From assembly GCF_963506605.1 (NCBI RefSeq), contig NC_083289.1:44144001-44208000 (forward strand): a stretch of 64,000 bases of DNA, in the 5' to 3' direction. Below the pieces are notes generated by a model. The model was not told where the DNA came from. It saw only the letters and a program-made list of their open reading frames with translations, and made no database searches. Shown in pieces: positions 11,072 to 26,000 of this stretch (its first letter is position 1; each line of letters begins with the position of its first letter). The DNA is from Zootoca vivipara (taxonomy: Eukaryota). The translations under genes and the position numbers were made by a program.

Positions 11072-14000
11072 CTAAAAAAAAAGAAGAGACAAAACAAGGC
11101 ATTGTTAAATGTATGCACGCATCTAATTACCAACCACCAAAACACTGTTATTCCGTCATGCATCACCAAGATACACTGGGTTGCACCCAAGTAAGTCATA
11201 TTCAGAGCAGCCCCACTGAAGTAAAGAGGTCTAGTCAAAGTATGATGAACTTGGATACAAACCAAAGGGTTTAGTGGAATAATATGAACAAAGCATATAC
11301 AGGGGTACCTCGGTTTACGAACGTAATCCGTTCCGGAAGTCCGTTCTTAAACCGAGGCGCGCTTTCCCTAATGAGGCCTCCCGCCACCAGTGCCCTTCCA
11401 CCATTCGGATTCCGTTCTTAGACCGAGGTAAAGTTCTCAAACCAAGACACTCTTTCCAGTTTTGTGGAGTTTGTAAACCAAATGGTTCTTAAACTGAGGT
11501 ACCACTTTACCGCCTTGTTTGATGTATTCCACCTTGATTTTTTATGAAAGTGCAATTTATAAATATTTAACGAAATAAACAAGGGAGCTTGCTACCCCGA
11601 GGAGACAAAAAGGTAAAGGGGGAGATATGGTGAGAAACAGTGACATTTAATATTAGTAGGATTTGTGAAAATTAATCTCTAGCCTTTTATTATTTTATAG
11701 GCATTTGTAGCCTACAACCATGCAATCCCAAAGCTGGTTGTATACAGCTCAATACAATTAAACCATGTGACATTTTGCAGCCCAGAGACATATGCAAAAA
11801 GGTGAAAAGGCAAAAAACACCTTGGAGGGCATGCTTGGGGCCACCACTGAAAAGGCCTTCTCATGCACTGCTGCCCAATAAACTACATATGGCAGCAGAT
11901 CTACACAGAGGACCTTCCCTGCAAATCTCAATACTGCGGCAGGCCTTTATGGGAAGAGGTGCTACCTCTGATATTTTATAATGTTTAAACTCTGATATTC
12001 AATAGAAGAATTCCGAAGCAAACTTAAAATACATTTGCTTTGCTTATTTTGGGCTGGTAATGCAGACTCCCGAACCAGGGGCAAGATAAGGAAGAAGTGA
12101 CAATACTGGATGAACTGCGAAACTTTCATACAGGATTGAGCCTTGAAGGACCACTGGATTCACTTACTCTCCCCTTGTGTGTAACAATTCCACCCTTTTC
12201 TGGTTTGCAGCAAAGCTCAGCTTGCCACTCTGTCACTGTGTTTGCATGTTGCTTGTGCCCAAGTATGGCTTGTGCTTGCCCTGCAAACCAGGACTAAAAA
12301 CCACATTTCAATCCATCCTCATGTTGTTTTGCAGATAATGCTTTATTATAAATATACTCGGATCTTGGCTGCATTTGACTCTAGCGCTACGCAACAGTGG
12401 GAAATCCCAGAGCACACCAACAACCTCCAAAGTACTGAATAGCTGTGCTTATTTAGAAGAGTAACAGAGCTACGATATTATACACAGCAATATACTGCAG
12501 AAAGCATGTGCAAGGGATCTAGAATACATATAATCTTTAGGGCTACAGAACAGGAAGGCCATGGCCCATGTCTTACCTTTTGTAACATACAAATAGAAGA
12601 AGTCACAGTACAGAATAGTCTGGACCACACCAGCAACGACAGCTATAAGGTCAAAGAATCCCTCAAAGTAGTAGCGCCAAATCCAGTTGATAAGGTACAA
12701 GGCACGGTACAAGCCCAAGAAGAAAAGATAGTGAGTAGTGATGGTTTCTGCCTCCCCAGTTTTACTGATCATAAAAAGTTGGGGGAGAATAGCAACAGAC
12801 TCCAAGTAGATGGAGAAGGTCCACAAGATCTGAAAGAGCAAAACAAAAATGTAAAAGTGATACCATCACTTGGCAGCTTCCACGTCTAGTATGTGTTAAT
12901 CCATATCAAGTGATCCAACTCTTTTACCTCATGCCATCCAATTTTCTTAATATTCTGTACACTTGTTGAATGATCAAAACTAAGTTTAAATCTAAAACTT
13001 TATTTTTTTCATCTCATCCCATTTACGAGTTCTGAAGGTTTGAAATTCATAAAAATTGACAATTTTGGCCTTGCTGGACTACACTAAAACCTTAAAAGCT
13101 CAATCCAGACTTGAGATACCTCAAAACTAAAAACACAAATCTCTTCAGAACTTCATGGGCTTTAATAAGATATGTCACATGATGGATTTACTTTAAATTT
13201 TAAATTTAAGAATTTTGAGAGAGATGATGGGAATAACTTTGGTAATAACAAATTCTTGCCTGCAAACCCCACACATGTAATTTTTAAACATTTTTGGGAA
13301 AAGACTGAATCATATTGTCCTAGAGAGTAGCTTCTTAGCAAAATAATGGATATTAATAGGTAAACGAGAAGAATCCAAAACATCTATAAACTGATGGCAG
13401 GTGCAGGAAAGTCTGGTATGTAATAATGTCTAATAATAATGTCTGATAATAATGTGATAGCACAATGACTTATATACAGGGCGGAAATTAGTAGTGGCTT
13501 GAAATAGTAAAAACCAGAGCAATACCTCTATGGAATTTTGTCCATGTTTTAAGTGTACTATCCTGAAATACTGTAGTATGTAGGGATACTTTTATTAGAA
13601 GTATATTATTTCACCTTGCTGTTAAATAAATGCTCAAAACATCCTACAATTTGATGGACATATTTAAAAGCAATCAACTACGAAATAATGCTTTGTAGTC
13701 TTTATAGTCTTTATACATATGTAATCTTTGTAATCTTTATGCTGTGCTATTTTGTTTAGCAACAGTATGCCCATTTGGTGTGTTTGTTTTCTTCTTTTGA
13801 AAACAAATGAATAAAAAGAATATGGGGCTGAGGCTCTCTGAACACTAAAGGAAAAGCAGAATAAAAATGTAGTAAGAAATAAGGTGGGCAGTACTGATAT
13901 ATGAAAGTTCTCCTGTGCATATCATGGATCAGCTAAAATATAATATGTATATTGTTGCCTATATTTTCCATTTTCTCGACTTTTTAACACATCCTTTAAA

Positions 14001-17000
14001 TAATTGTAGTTCTCCTTAAATTACCCAGATGGCACCAAAGACTTCTCAATTTCTATTTGAGGAACTTAAATTACATGAAGTGAAGGTCATAAGAACCAGC
14101 CCAATTTTTCAATGTTTTTGTTTAGTGAACTGAACACACCACAAATATTTGAATAACTAATTATGTTTAAATAGTTAGGATTATGGTCACTGCGTTGTTC
14201 CTCAGATATAAGGAAAGTCTACCAACACACAATGGTATGAACTGGGATCATCGGATGTACTTCTAACTTCAGTGCTGTATTGCTTCGGTTTAAGATTGCA
14301 TGAAGTGATGCTAGAGCCACCTTCTCCTGTACTCGGGACTAACACCCATTTATGCCTGAAGACCAAACTGGGCTTGAATTTTAGCATGTACCTATACATC
14401 TTCTCTCCACTACGGTTGGCTGAAATCTATCAGGCTCTCCTGAGCTGGAAGGAAGCATGAGGGTCATTCTAGTCCACCCCCTGCAATGAAAGAATCTTTT
14501 TGCCCAACATGGGACTCGAACCCCCAGTTCTGAAATTAAGAGTTTTGTGCTCCACTGACTGAACTATCCCAGATTCTTCATGCTCACGCTCACTGAGCTA
14601 TGAAGCACTCAGCTCTCTGTGGCGTACTAAACCTAATCCTACCAGCACAGAGGTGCCAATGAGCTCTCACGTGAATAATTTTGGAACCCACAGACTCATT
14701 AAACAAAAATCATTGCCTAAATACAGATAAGCAATTTGCACCGAATCACACACAGATTTTGATGACTTTTTACAAGCAAGGCTTTAGGAGAAGTTGATTT
14801 CAAAATCCCTAAAGAATTTTGTTGTTAACCCTGGTTGGGATTTTCCAGCAATATATGGGGGAGCAGCCCACCAAAGCAAAATCTAAGCCAGCCAAACAAC
14901 TAGTGCCAGCTCTTCCAAGCCACTGGACCACGCACAAATACTATATCAAACAAACTGTGCAGCTTTGAGTGAAACATCAAGTTTACAATGCAGCATAAAG
15001 AACAAAGTGTTCTGTTTTATTTCACATTTGCCCAAGTCCTCTTTACATTGTTTCAGAAGCCAATGCTTTATGAATAAACTAACCTCTAGGGGAGAGAAGT
15101 CATGATTGACAAGAAAAGATAGCCCACCAACTGGAACCACAAGGAACTCCACTCTGAATGTATCATGGTTTCCATCATAGGTAGCCTTAAATTTCATGTA
15201 GATCAGGTAGACTGTGGCATACGAGCAGGCAACGTAGATAACCTGAAAGGAAAAGACCCAGATGAGTTATCAGGCTTTTAGTCTGTGTTTCCTCCATAAA
15301 AAGCATTTTATACATACAACAAGGAACAAAAGGGATCTTTGTTGACCATTGAAGCGTGTTCCCCCTTCCTGCTCCCATTTGCTCAGCTACATTCATCAAC
15401 ATATTGCACTGTCTACAACAGGAAAGCTATTATTCATTTTCTTAGGACTGGCTCTTTTTAAACATAGAAAACGGTTACCTGGAACATAAGGAAGTACAAT
15501 TCCCATCCCCTCCCATACCTACAAACTGATTGATTTGGGTTCCTTCAGAAGTTTAAGGAAAGTGGGATCTTCGCATCAAGTTTTAATGGCTTGAAAGCAA
15601 CATAAATATTGTCAATTCTAATGCTGCCCCCCTACCTACTGCAGCTGGAACATTTGTGTGAGAAAAGGTGCAACTACAGTAAACCTGCAACATGTGCTCG
15701 CTTTACTCATGGGATCGCAACTTTAAATAGTCATTAAAACAATCAATCAATGGAGAGCAAGGGAAACCCAGTTCCCCACTGTCCATTTATTTATTTTCCC
15801 TCTACTCACACAGTGGGTTTTCATTGCTTATTGAGCTTTGAGAAGGCAGTGTGAGGGCTCTGGCAGTGTCCCCAAAGCAGCCCTCTGCCTCACTGGGGGT
15901 AGGGGCAGGTTTTTTTTGAATAAACATTTTTATTAGATATTCAAATTTAAATATCTAATCCATTTTCAAATTATACAAATATCAATTAAACAATTAATCC
16001 AAACCTTCTGCCAAATTATACAAATTTAAATTTGACTTCCCATGCTTCAGACTCAGAAAGCCTAGTCCTCTTATAGTCACTGCTTTCTAATCAATAAATC
16101 CAGATCTTATCCAATAGTCTATTAAAATCTTTCTATCTTCTTTCAAGCCCCTGAGTTTTTCGAGCAAGCAAGTTTGAGCAAACCATATATATTTCTGTGT
16201 GAATTTATGCCTATGATTCCTCTATAAATTAGCAGTCTCTTCGCACGCTGGTATCTTGCCAAGTCCGTCCAGAAATCCAAAAATCCTTCTCACAGCCAGC
16301 AGCAGCAATCTTCGAGCAGTCCCCATACATGAAATCTTTAATCCTCTGTGATGTTTGCTCCAGATCGCTCCTCAATATAGCCTTTTCAGGGGAGATTTGC
16401 CAGATCAGAACTATAAACACACATCTAATGTCTTATTTATGGCTCTCTCCCCCTTTGACTAATATCGTAGCCGGCTTTGTCTCCAGTATGGCGGAATCTA
16501 AATTATAGCTGCGTCATAACTCAAAAGTTTCTTGACAGGTTTCCAGCCGCTAATGAGATTGCTTCTCTTTGATGCCCATATTTTGAGGAATCTTTAACCA
16601 CATTCCAAACGAATCCAAAAGTACATACTTTGATTATTTATATTTTCAATTCACAGAGTTTATATATTTTTAAAAAACCATATTAATTCAATAAATTTCC
16701 CACTTTCCGATCTTGCTTGCTTTATAAATGTTGTTTACGGTAGGGGCAGTTTTGGGGGTTCCTGACTTTGCACGATTTTGGCTGTGCGCATGGACCCCTG
16801 GAACTAAACCCTTTTGTAAGTGGTGGGGCCACTGCACTCATATGAACAGTTCTGCACTTTGCAGTGGCTTTTCCCATACAATCTTTCTGCAATTTTCTAT
16901 GGGTTCCAAAATCAGTTGTTGACAAAGAAACAATAATATTTAATATAGAGCATTCTATAGCTAGCTGGTCATTAGAAGAACTACCATTTAAGAATTGGTG

Positions 17001-20000
17001 CTTGAGTTTGCCTTTCTCCTCTTCACTCCCTGTCCCTTTCCCCTTGTTCTTTATATTGTAAGCTGACAAGGCAGGAAATGTCTTGTTTTAATTGATTTGT
17101 ATGTCAACCACTCCAAGAGTCTTTTCGGCTAAAGAGTGGGGTACCAATACTTTAAATAAATGAATTAAAAATAAATAAAAACCACACATCATCTGCACAG
17201 CACATTACAATAGCTACAGCAGCCCCCCCCCCAAAAGCATTCAGTGGTCTGCCAATACCCTTGGGATTTTCAAGTGGTCCATGGGGGGGAAGTTTAGGAA
17301 CCGTTGGTATAAAGTGTCCACTCTCAGGAGTTTCATTACACCACTGTAGTGAATATTTAAACTCATACTGCTCTCTTTATGACTAATGAGGAGAATAGCA
17401 ACCAACTTGAAATAATGGCCTGGCAATCAGGGCCAGGTAGCAGCAGATGTCATGGTCTCTCAGGGACAGACAGCTTCAGTTAGGCAGCCTGCAGCTCCTG
17501 GTTCTTCTAGGTGACATGCATAGATTAGATTGGAAGTAGGCTCAGATCACTATCTAAATTATACACATATTCTGCTTTAGTATATTTGAAGAGTGCTTCG
17601 TTGATTAACACAAGAGGCATCCAACATAGTTAATGAGCCTACAGTTAAAGAAGCAGCTCCCAGCTTCTGTTTTCAGGGCTTCATCCAGAAGAGGTTACCT
17701 TGAGGAAACTGGGCTTCATTATGTTCATGATAAAAATACTGTACACAGACTTAATTATCAAGTGGAGAAGGCCAAGGCCAAGAAAAATTTAATGACTTGC
17801 TGAAGGTCGCACAAACTGTGTCAGATGTGGAATCCAGGTCAGTGCCTAACCAACTAGGCCACAGCAACCCCAGGCGAAATGTTCAAGGTTCTCCGCTCAC
17901 CATCTGTAAGCATATTCTCAGGGAACTAATACTTAGAACACTTTAACAAGCGGGACCTAGTTTCCATGCACTGTAGCACACAGAAAGGGCAGCATGAGTC
18001 ACCATCCCAGAGGTGGTATTCAAATAGCCAATCAGACACAGAAAAATCCCTAGAAAGCAGTGGCCAGGATGCCAACAACAATAACATCTGGAAAGTGCAA
18101 AAGGCAGGATTACAAGTAGCACTAGCCTCCAATACAGAGATTCTGTATTCAGTTTATGACAACCATGTGTCAGGACTAGCCTGGAGAAAACTCACCAATA
18201 ATAACTGGTTATGATTGTTAAGATAAAAAAGAAACATGGTTTGGATAAAGTTACATTTGGGGTGAAGACATAAATTCAAAGCAGTCCTACTAGCAGAGAA
18301 AATTAAGAGATGCTGGCTAATTTTACAGGTGAGGGGCCTGCTCGGGCAATGGGGTTCTGTAGTCAATTTGACGTTTAGTGGGCCTGATGGGAGTGGGAGT
18401 CCACAACATTTAGAGGGCCACAAGATCCCACCCTTAGGCTAAACCAATTTCTTCACTGGATTTGCTAGCTGCCTTTCATTGAAATGATTGTAGGATGGCA
18501 CACAATAGCTTAATACAATGAATTATAATAATAAAAGAACGCAATATTAAAATCCATACATTAAAATTGCTACAGAACATACAGTATAGCAGAATTTCGA
18601 GCAACAGTAACAGTGCATCAGGGCCTGATCAATTCGGTTACTTGCAAACACTTGCATAAGAGAGGCTTCAGACTACAGCAAAAGCTACAAACAAGGAAGC
18701 AAACTGAACCTCCTGGGGTTGCCAAGGTTGTTCTTTGCCGATTCTCTTGTGCCTCCTTTTGGCATTTGCACATGCACTTGCATAAGCAAGCAAAGCACGC
18801 ACAGATATCTGGGTGTCACCCCCCCCCTGTCCCTGGGTCCACAGATGAGAAAAGGGCAGGCTATACAAAAGATGACACTGCATAGCCTCCCAGGATTTCA
18901 AGCTGCATCCCCATCATAAGTAGGGTAGACATTGGATCTTCTTTACCTGCTCCTGTCATTATGGTGGTTCTACTCCGCCAAAGGGAAGGATAATTATTTG
19001 GGGTTGGATCCAGACTTAGTCATGCTTGGAGTAGACCCACGGCAATCAATGAAACTTATGTTAGTCAGGACAAGCTTGCCCCATTGATGGGTCTACTCTA
19101 AACAATTCTAAGTTTGGAGCCAACCTTTCATCAGTAAAATGGCAGGTTCCTAGTTTTGTCTTTACAGACTACACAACTGGCTAATAGCAATAGATCTAAA
19201 CGAACATTTGAAAGAGTCTGATTGTGACTAAGCACAGCTCCATAAACATTTCAGTATCATTTACTTCCAAATAATTAAAGTTGAAGGATTTGTGGCTTCT
19301 TTGCACATCATGAATAGAAAAAAAGCTGGGCAAAAGTTTTCTCATAGACCAAATTAAAACTAGAATCAAATAGAGGATCAGCCCTTATTCTAGGGCTCAC
19401 AGACATGAAGAAAGCTGTGTGAACAAGATGCAATTATGACCATTATGTTTCCCTGACTAGACAGGGAATTTTGGCAGTTATAAGGTAAATGAATTAAGTA
19501 CAGATAAGCACTCCTCATTGGTAGCAACAAACATTCAATGACCATTTGAGACAAGCTTCTAATCACTTTTTTATTCTATCATGCTCTCATATGGGGTGAT
19601 CCCAAAACCAGGGGACAGATCAGATCTACATATCTGTTTAGCACCAGTGATTCTGCAGCACCAAGTGCTCCCATACCCCTCACTGGACTGGCTTTTTTAT
19701 CTTTTTGTATTACAGGTGTAACTTTTTACACCAAGTCATTTTACTTAGCTCACAGTTCATATATTGTAAATATTTCATAACACAACCAGCATATATTGGG
19801 ATCCAATAAAAATTCAGCTGCTTGAGAGGGCATATATATCAGCACAAGTAGGCCAAACTGATCCTCAAGCCCAACCAATACTCATCCCCTTCATGTACTT
19901 GTAGTCATGTAGTCAGAATTGCATAAGCAAACATTCACATTAATCTCAAAACGGAGGTCCGTCAGAAACCCAGCCTTGAAAGTGGGTTTGGTTCAAGGTT

Positions 20001-23000
20001 GGCTTTCTCCACCACACTCTCCCAGCAAGGCTTCCAAGTCAGGATTGCTGCATGCCTGCTTGTGGAGCAGCTGGTGTATTGAATGTATGGAAGTAGACTA
20101 AGAGAGCTATAAAAAGGTCATGTGCACCCAATGAAGGCAGGTCAGTTTGAGCACGTTGCCATACATTCAAGGCATCCCAAGCACAGATTTTACCATGTGA
20201 AGAATTTCAGTTTCCATTTTAAAGGTATAACCGGGGTGGGGGGTGGGGCATAAGGAGTGCTTCCAGGAGACTACTGCTGTTCCGAACACTGTTCCCACTC
20301 CCCTCTAACCTGACTGTCATCCCCATCATCTTTAGTCTTCTTTCATTTCTTGACAAGAAAGTGAAGAAACCTAAAGAGTTAAGAAGGCAGCGACTTCCGC
20401 TTGGGGCGCCGCAGAAGATGGCTGAAAATAAAATCTCTCCAGCTATCACGGGGTAACTAGAGGCTGAGATGGGAGTAATCAGCCTCCCTAAATCTTCCCA
20501 GGGGGTACGGGAAGACGCAGTCTCATCCGCAGATGCCCATCAACCAGCTTCTACTTCGGAAGGAAGGAGGGGCTGGGGGCACTGGATGGAAGCCCCCGAG
20601 ATAGTCTGGCTCTCCTGGAAGCTGCTTTTGCAAAGCGAACCAAGTTCCAATTCTTAAGAGGAAAAATTAGATTTAAGTTTTGGACATGCTTCGGGCGGGA
20701 AATGAGGTACTACGCTGCAAAAACAACCCAGCCACTGAAGGAAAAGTGAATTGAAGAAGGATTACATCAGAGACAGAGTTAGTACCGTATGTGGGAACGG
20801 AATGGAAGTGGGGGGGAGACTTTTTTATTTGTGCCTTTTTATCTTACTTAACAAAAAACCCTAGAAGAACCGTTTATAACATTTATAGCAAGCGAGACTG
20901 GAAAGTGGAATCTGTTGACATAATATGGTTTTTAAAATTAAACTGTGTGGAAATGAAAATATATACAATTAAGGCTTTTATTTTCGGATTTATTTGGAAG
21001 ATGATCAAAGATTTCCCAAATTACTAATATCAAACAGAAGCAAATCTCAGTAGCTGCTGGAGTTTTGTCAATAAACGTTTTGGACTATATCCTGGAAAGT
21101 TTGTGGGTGTGATGCAGTTTTAATTGGGGTTAGCCATGTTGGAATCAAGACCGAGCCACAGATGGAGTCAGAGAGGGAGTTGAGCCTTAAATATATTATT
21201 AGATGTGTGCTTCCAGCTTTGATCTGGCAAAACTCTCCTGGAAAAACTGTATTATGTAACCGGTCTTGAGAAACTAATGAACAGATGCTTGGATTTGATT
21301 TATTTGAATTACATGAAGATGGCGGCGGCAGCAGTAAAAAGACTCTCAGACTATTGGACTGACTTGGCAGAATACCAGCGTGTGAGAAGATATTGCAAAT
21401 CTACGGAAGGGAATCATGGACATAAAATCCACACAGAGTCATATATTGCTTGGTTAAACTCGTTTGCTGGAACAACTCAGAGGCTGTGAAAAGAAGAGGA
21501 TAACAACAGAACTATTGGAAATGACTTTGATTATATTGATTAGAAATGCAGTAAATTATAAGATGATCAGATCCCCCGAAGTCGAAGCATGGGAAGTCTG
21601 AATAGTTTTTTTATAATTTGGCTGAATATTTGGATTAATTGATTGATATTTGTATAATCTGGAATATGATTGGATAGTTAAAGTGGAAAATTAAATAAAA
21701 ATGATTTATTTTTTTAAAAAGAGTTCAGAAGGCAAAGCCAGTTTTGCAAAGCAAATAAATACTAATTAGCAAGACACTGGTCTGAGGGCCCTATACACAT
21801 TTCATGAACCTTTTCTTTTTCTTCACCAAAGGCACTGGGATGATCACATATACACACCTAGTGCTTCTGCTCCAAAACTAAGAAACCCCTCAAGTAAGGC
21901 ACAGAGTCCTCAGAAGGTGAAGAGTCAGACAGGGGTGGCACATCCCATGTCACTGCTTGAGGCAAAATGGGAAGTGCCACCCTGCCCTGCCGCTGCCACC
22001 CTGCAGCTTGCACTGCTTGCCTCACCACCTCCACGCCAAGATCTCTGCAAGATCACACAATTTCGGTGTGATCTTGCCCAAAACCAGCACCAGTGCCGGA
22101 TGTGGTGGGGCAGGTGAGTCACCTGCAGGGGCACCGCCTTGGGGGCTCCCACTGCCTGAGGCAGCAGCCTCACCCCACCCAAGGGCTGCATCAGCCCTAG
22201 AGTCAGGCATACTCCAGGGACACAAAATAGAGCTGGCTTTGTTGCTGGGCAGATACTTTGTAGGAATTTTAAAGAACATAGTCATAGTGATAATAAAACT
22301 GAGAGAACCTGATCAAGCTATCGAAGGACAAACTAAGTTGCAACCATCAGGCAATGCAGCAAACTGCCTCAAGAGCTGACTTCAACTCTTTCAGGCAAAA
22401 CAGTTTATCCATGTGTAAAAAAGAGAAAGCTGTCATCTAGGAGTGAAACTCGTATGACTCAAGACACTGCAGATGACTGGCAACACAAAGGTAATTTATT
22501 GTGACATTTGCAAACCTGCATCTTCCCTACGGCTGGAACACAATGGTTGTTTTTTTAATCAGCAGACCCACATTAACTTTAACATAAACAGGGAGAAGCA
22601 CATTTGAATTTACTTTCAGCCTTTACTCAAAATTACCATGGAGGTGAATTCATTAAGAGGTATGTGGAGACAATTCAGTAGCCCCTCTTGCATATTGAAT
22701 GTATCATACCTTCATAGAAGTGTTATAAAAAGAAATGAATGAAGTGAAGAGATCCAGGTAACGAGTGGTAAACACCAGACCAAAGAGAAGCTGGCTTTTC
22801 CCAGATATACCTAAAGGAATAAAAAGAAGTAGTGTGAGAAAGGGTATTTAAAAACCCAAGCCATGCGAACTATCTTAGTTCAAACACCAAGATTCACTGC
22901 ACAACACCACCGCAATGCAACAGAACCGTATGGTAATCTGAGCTCCAGATTGAAAACCCAGAAGTTTCATATATTGCCACCTATTGCTAGCAATTTTCTG

Positions 23001-26000
23001 CTACTTACCTCTTTTGCTACTATTTGGCTTTTTATTCATAACCAACAATGTACCAGGCACTATACTGAACAGGTCAAATCATAAGAGCATAAGAGCAAAA
23101 GGAATATTTATCAGAAAAGTAGCTAGGTTCACTGAATGCTAATCACTAGAGAGCAACAACAACAAAATGCAACAATGAAGAGAACTAGGGATAGTCCTAT
23201 GGACCACTGTCACTCACAGAATGTCTTCCTATGTTCTACCTCAGAAATGGTTCAGTAGCACTGATCAGGAATCACTGTGTATCAAAGCTGACCACCAGCA
23301 GAAAGGATCATAAATTATTTTTACTAGTTGTGGGCATTTTGCCTATAGGATCACTATAGTAAGTTCAGAGATCACATTTTTGTAAAGATTGTCTCACTTC
23401 ATGTAAAATAGGTGTTGATTACAATACATGCCTCATTACATTGTCATAATGTGGCATCACGTGCAAATTTATTAGCTACGCTCCATTCAGCTCAATGTGA
23501 ACAAAGCAAGCAATAGAGGTTGCATTTTTCAGCAAGATAAAACAAAAGCATGGATGCACTCTATGACTCAGCCTATTTTGTCATGCTATTTTGTCAAGAC
23601 AACTGTTTAGATACCACCTTTCTGCCAATGCATTCAAAAAATGGTATACAATCCAATAGACATGTTACAAATGGAAAAGGGAATGGAGGAAAAGGAAATA
23701 AAAACCAGGCAGAGAGTGTAATGTAATTGTTGTACAGTGGTACCTCTGGTTATGAACTAAATTCATTCTGTAGGTCCATTCTTAACCCAAAACCGTTCTT
23801 AACCTGAGGTACCACTTTAGCTAATGGGGCCTCCCGCTGCCTCCACCATGCAATTTCTGTTCTCATCCTGGGGCAAAGTTCTTAATCCAAGGTACTACTT
23901 CCAGATTAAAGTGTCTGTAACCCGAGGTACCACTGTAATGACCAGACACAACCGGCACCAAGGGAGAAAGTTCTGAGGTGGAAGGAGTCAAACAGCAATT
24001 GGTGCTGGCTGAGCTAACTGACTTTGCAGTCTCTCATTTTTCCCTCTGATAAGAAAAGGTGCTGATGGAAGCCTGAGAATTAGCTGTCCAATACTAAGGA
24101 AGAAGTGTTCAACAACCAAAAACTTACCACAGGTCCCAATTTTTAAGTTACAGTGGTACCTCCGGTTGCGAACGGTATCCATTCTAGAGATCTGGCCGCA
24201 TCCCAAGGAATTTGCAACCGGAGGACCACGCATGCGCACATGGCGAAACTCAGAAAAAGACTTCCGGTTTACCACGTTCACATCCCAAAGATTACGTATC
24301 CAGAGGGATACGTAAGTGGAGGTACGACTGTACTCTTACAGCCCTCTTGTTGCTTATAAGTACTCTTAGTGTCAGATACCGTACCTTTTATTTCAGTAGC
24401 CCCATGACAGTTCAAATTTGTATCCTTTTAATTCGTTACAATATCTGATAAGTCTTTTATACAAAAGGGAAGTAGATGGTAATAATTTTCCCTGTTATAA
24501 TTGTTTTTCTTAACCACCACTTTCCTGTGAAATGTCAGAATGTCATCTACTCTCCCTTTCATCTTGATGCAATTGTTTTCTGTCGATCAACACGGTTTAT
24601 TTAAAAAAAATTGTGTTAAAGAATAAGCAAATATATTTGTTTTGAACATTACCAGTAGCTTTTAAAGCCTTAAATTTGGAAGCCTGCGTATCTCTGTTGG
24701 TTGCCAGCATTCTCTAGAAGTAACACACTTCGATTCAATGTAACTATTTCACATTATACTAGCAATGCTGGTGCTAAACAATTTTTTCTTGTCAGTCTTA
24801 GGAGTGATAACACTAAGCCCCTAGAAGAAAAAAACTATTCTCGTTATGAAAGTGTTTGCATTAATTGATTTGCAAAGGTGTTTTCATCATTTATTAAATA
24901 AACTAATAGGATCTCTACCCAAACATGATCTCACTACATATACTCTTCCCCCTTTGCAAGGACACCTTGAGGCAGGGGTAGTCAACATGGTGCCCTTCAG
25001 ATGTTGCTGGATTTCCAACTCCGATAATTTCTGACCATTGCCTATGCTTCCTGAGGCTGATGGGAGTTGTGGTCCAAACAACTTCTGGATGACACCACAT
25101 TGGTTATCCCTGCTCTGGGGCAAAATAAAAGTCAGAAAGGGTACAACTAATTGTCCCAATGATGCTTTGCTCAAAGGCACAAGAAGCTGTCTCCCAGCTA
25201 CCCAGATCTCACTTGCTCCTTATGGGCTTCCTAGTGTTGAATACACTATGAATACATAGTGTTATAGGCATTGAAAATAAATATACAATAAGCTGGATGC
25301 AGGCTAGGATAGTACATGGAACAAAGTTTAACAATGAATGGGTCATACTCTTAATAGCTATTAAATATATTTAATAGCTATTAACATGCTATTAAAACAG
25401 GTCCCTTTGCATATATAACTGCTCAATCCTTTAACGAAATGAAGTTTCAGTTCATTGAGGTTTACTTCCAAGCACACATGATTGCAGCCAGTTTTCAATT
25501 CTATATAAGTGACCCCTGACCATTAGGTCCAGTCATGACCGACTCTGGGGTTGCGGCGCTCATCTCGCATTATTGGCCGAGGGAGCCAGCGTACAGCTTC
25601 CAGGTCATGTGGCTAGCATGATAGCCGCTTCTGGCAAACCAGAGCAGCACACGGAAACGCCATTTACCTTCCCGCTGTAGTGGTACCTATTTATCTACTT
25701 GCACTTACTTTCGAACTGCTAGGTTGGCAGGAGCTGGGACCGAGCAATGGGAGCTCACCCCGTCGCGGGGATTCGAACTGCTGACCTTCTGATCGGCAAG
25801 CCTTAGGTTCTATGGTTTAACACACAGCGCCACCCACGTCCCCGAGTATATAACCTTACTAATGACTAAGTAGTAAGTCCTTACAGTAAGGACTGTAGTC
25901 AACTGGCCTTACTTTTAAGTAAGCATGCGATAGCGTCAAGCTATAGGGATAATAAGACTGCTTGGTTACAAAACAGAGATATATATTAAGTTAATGAATT

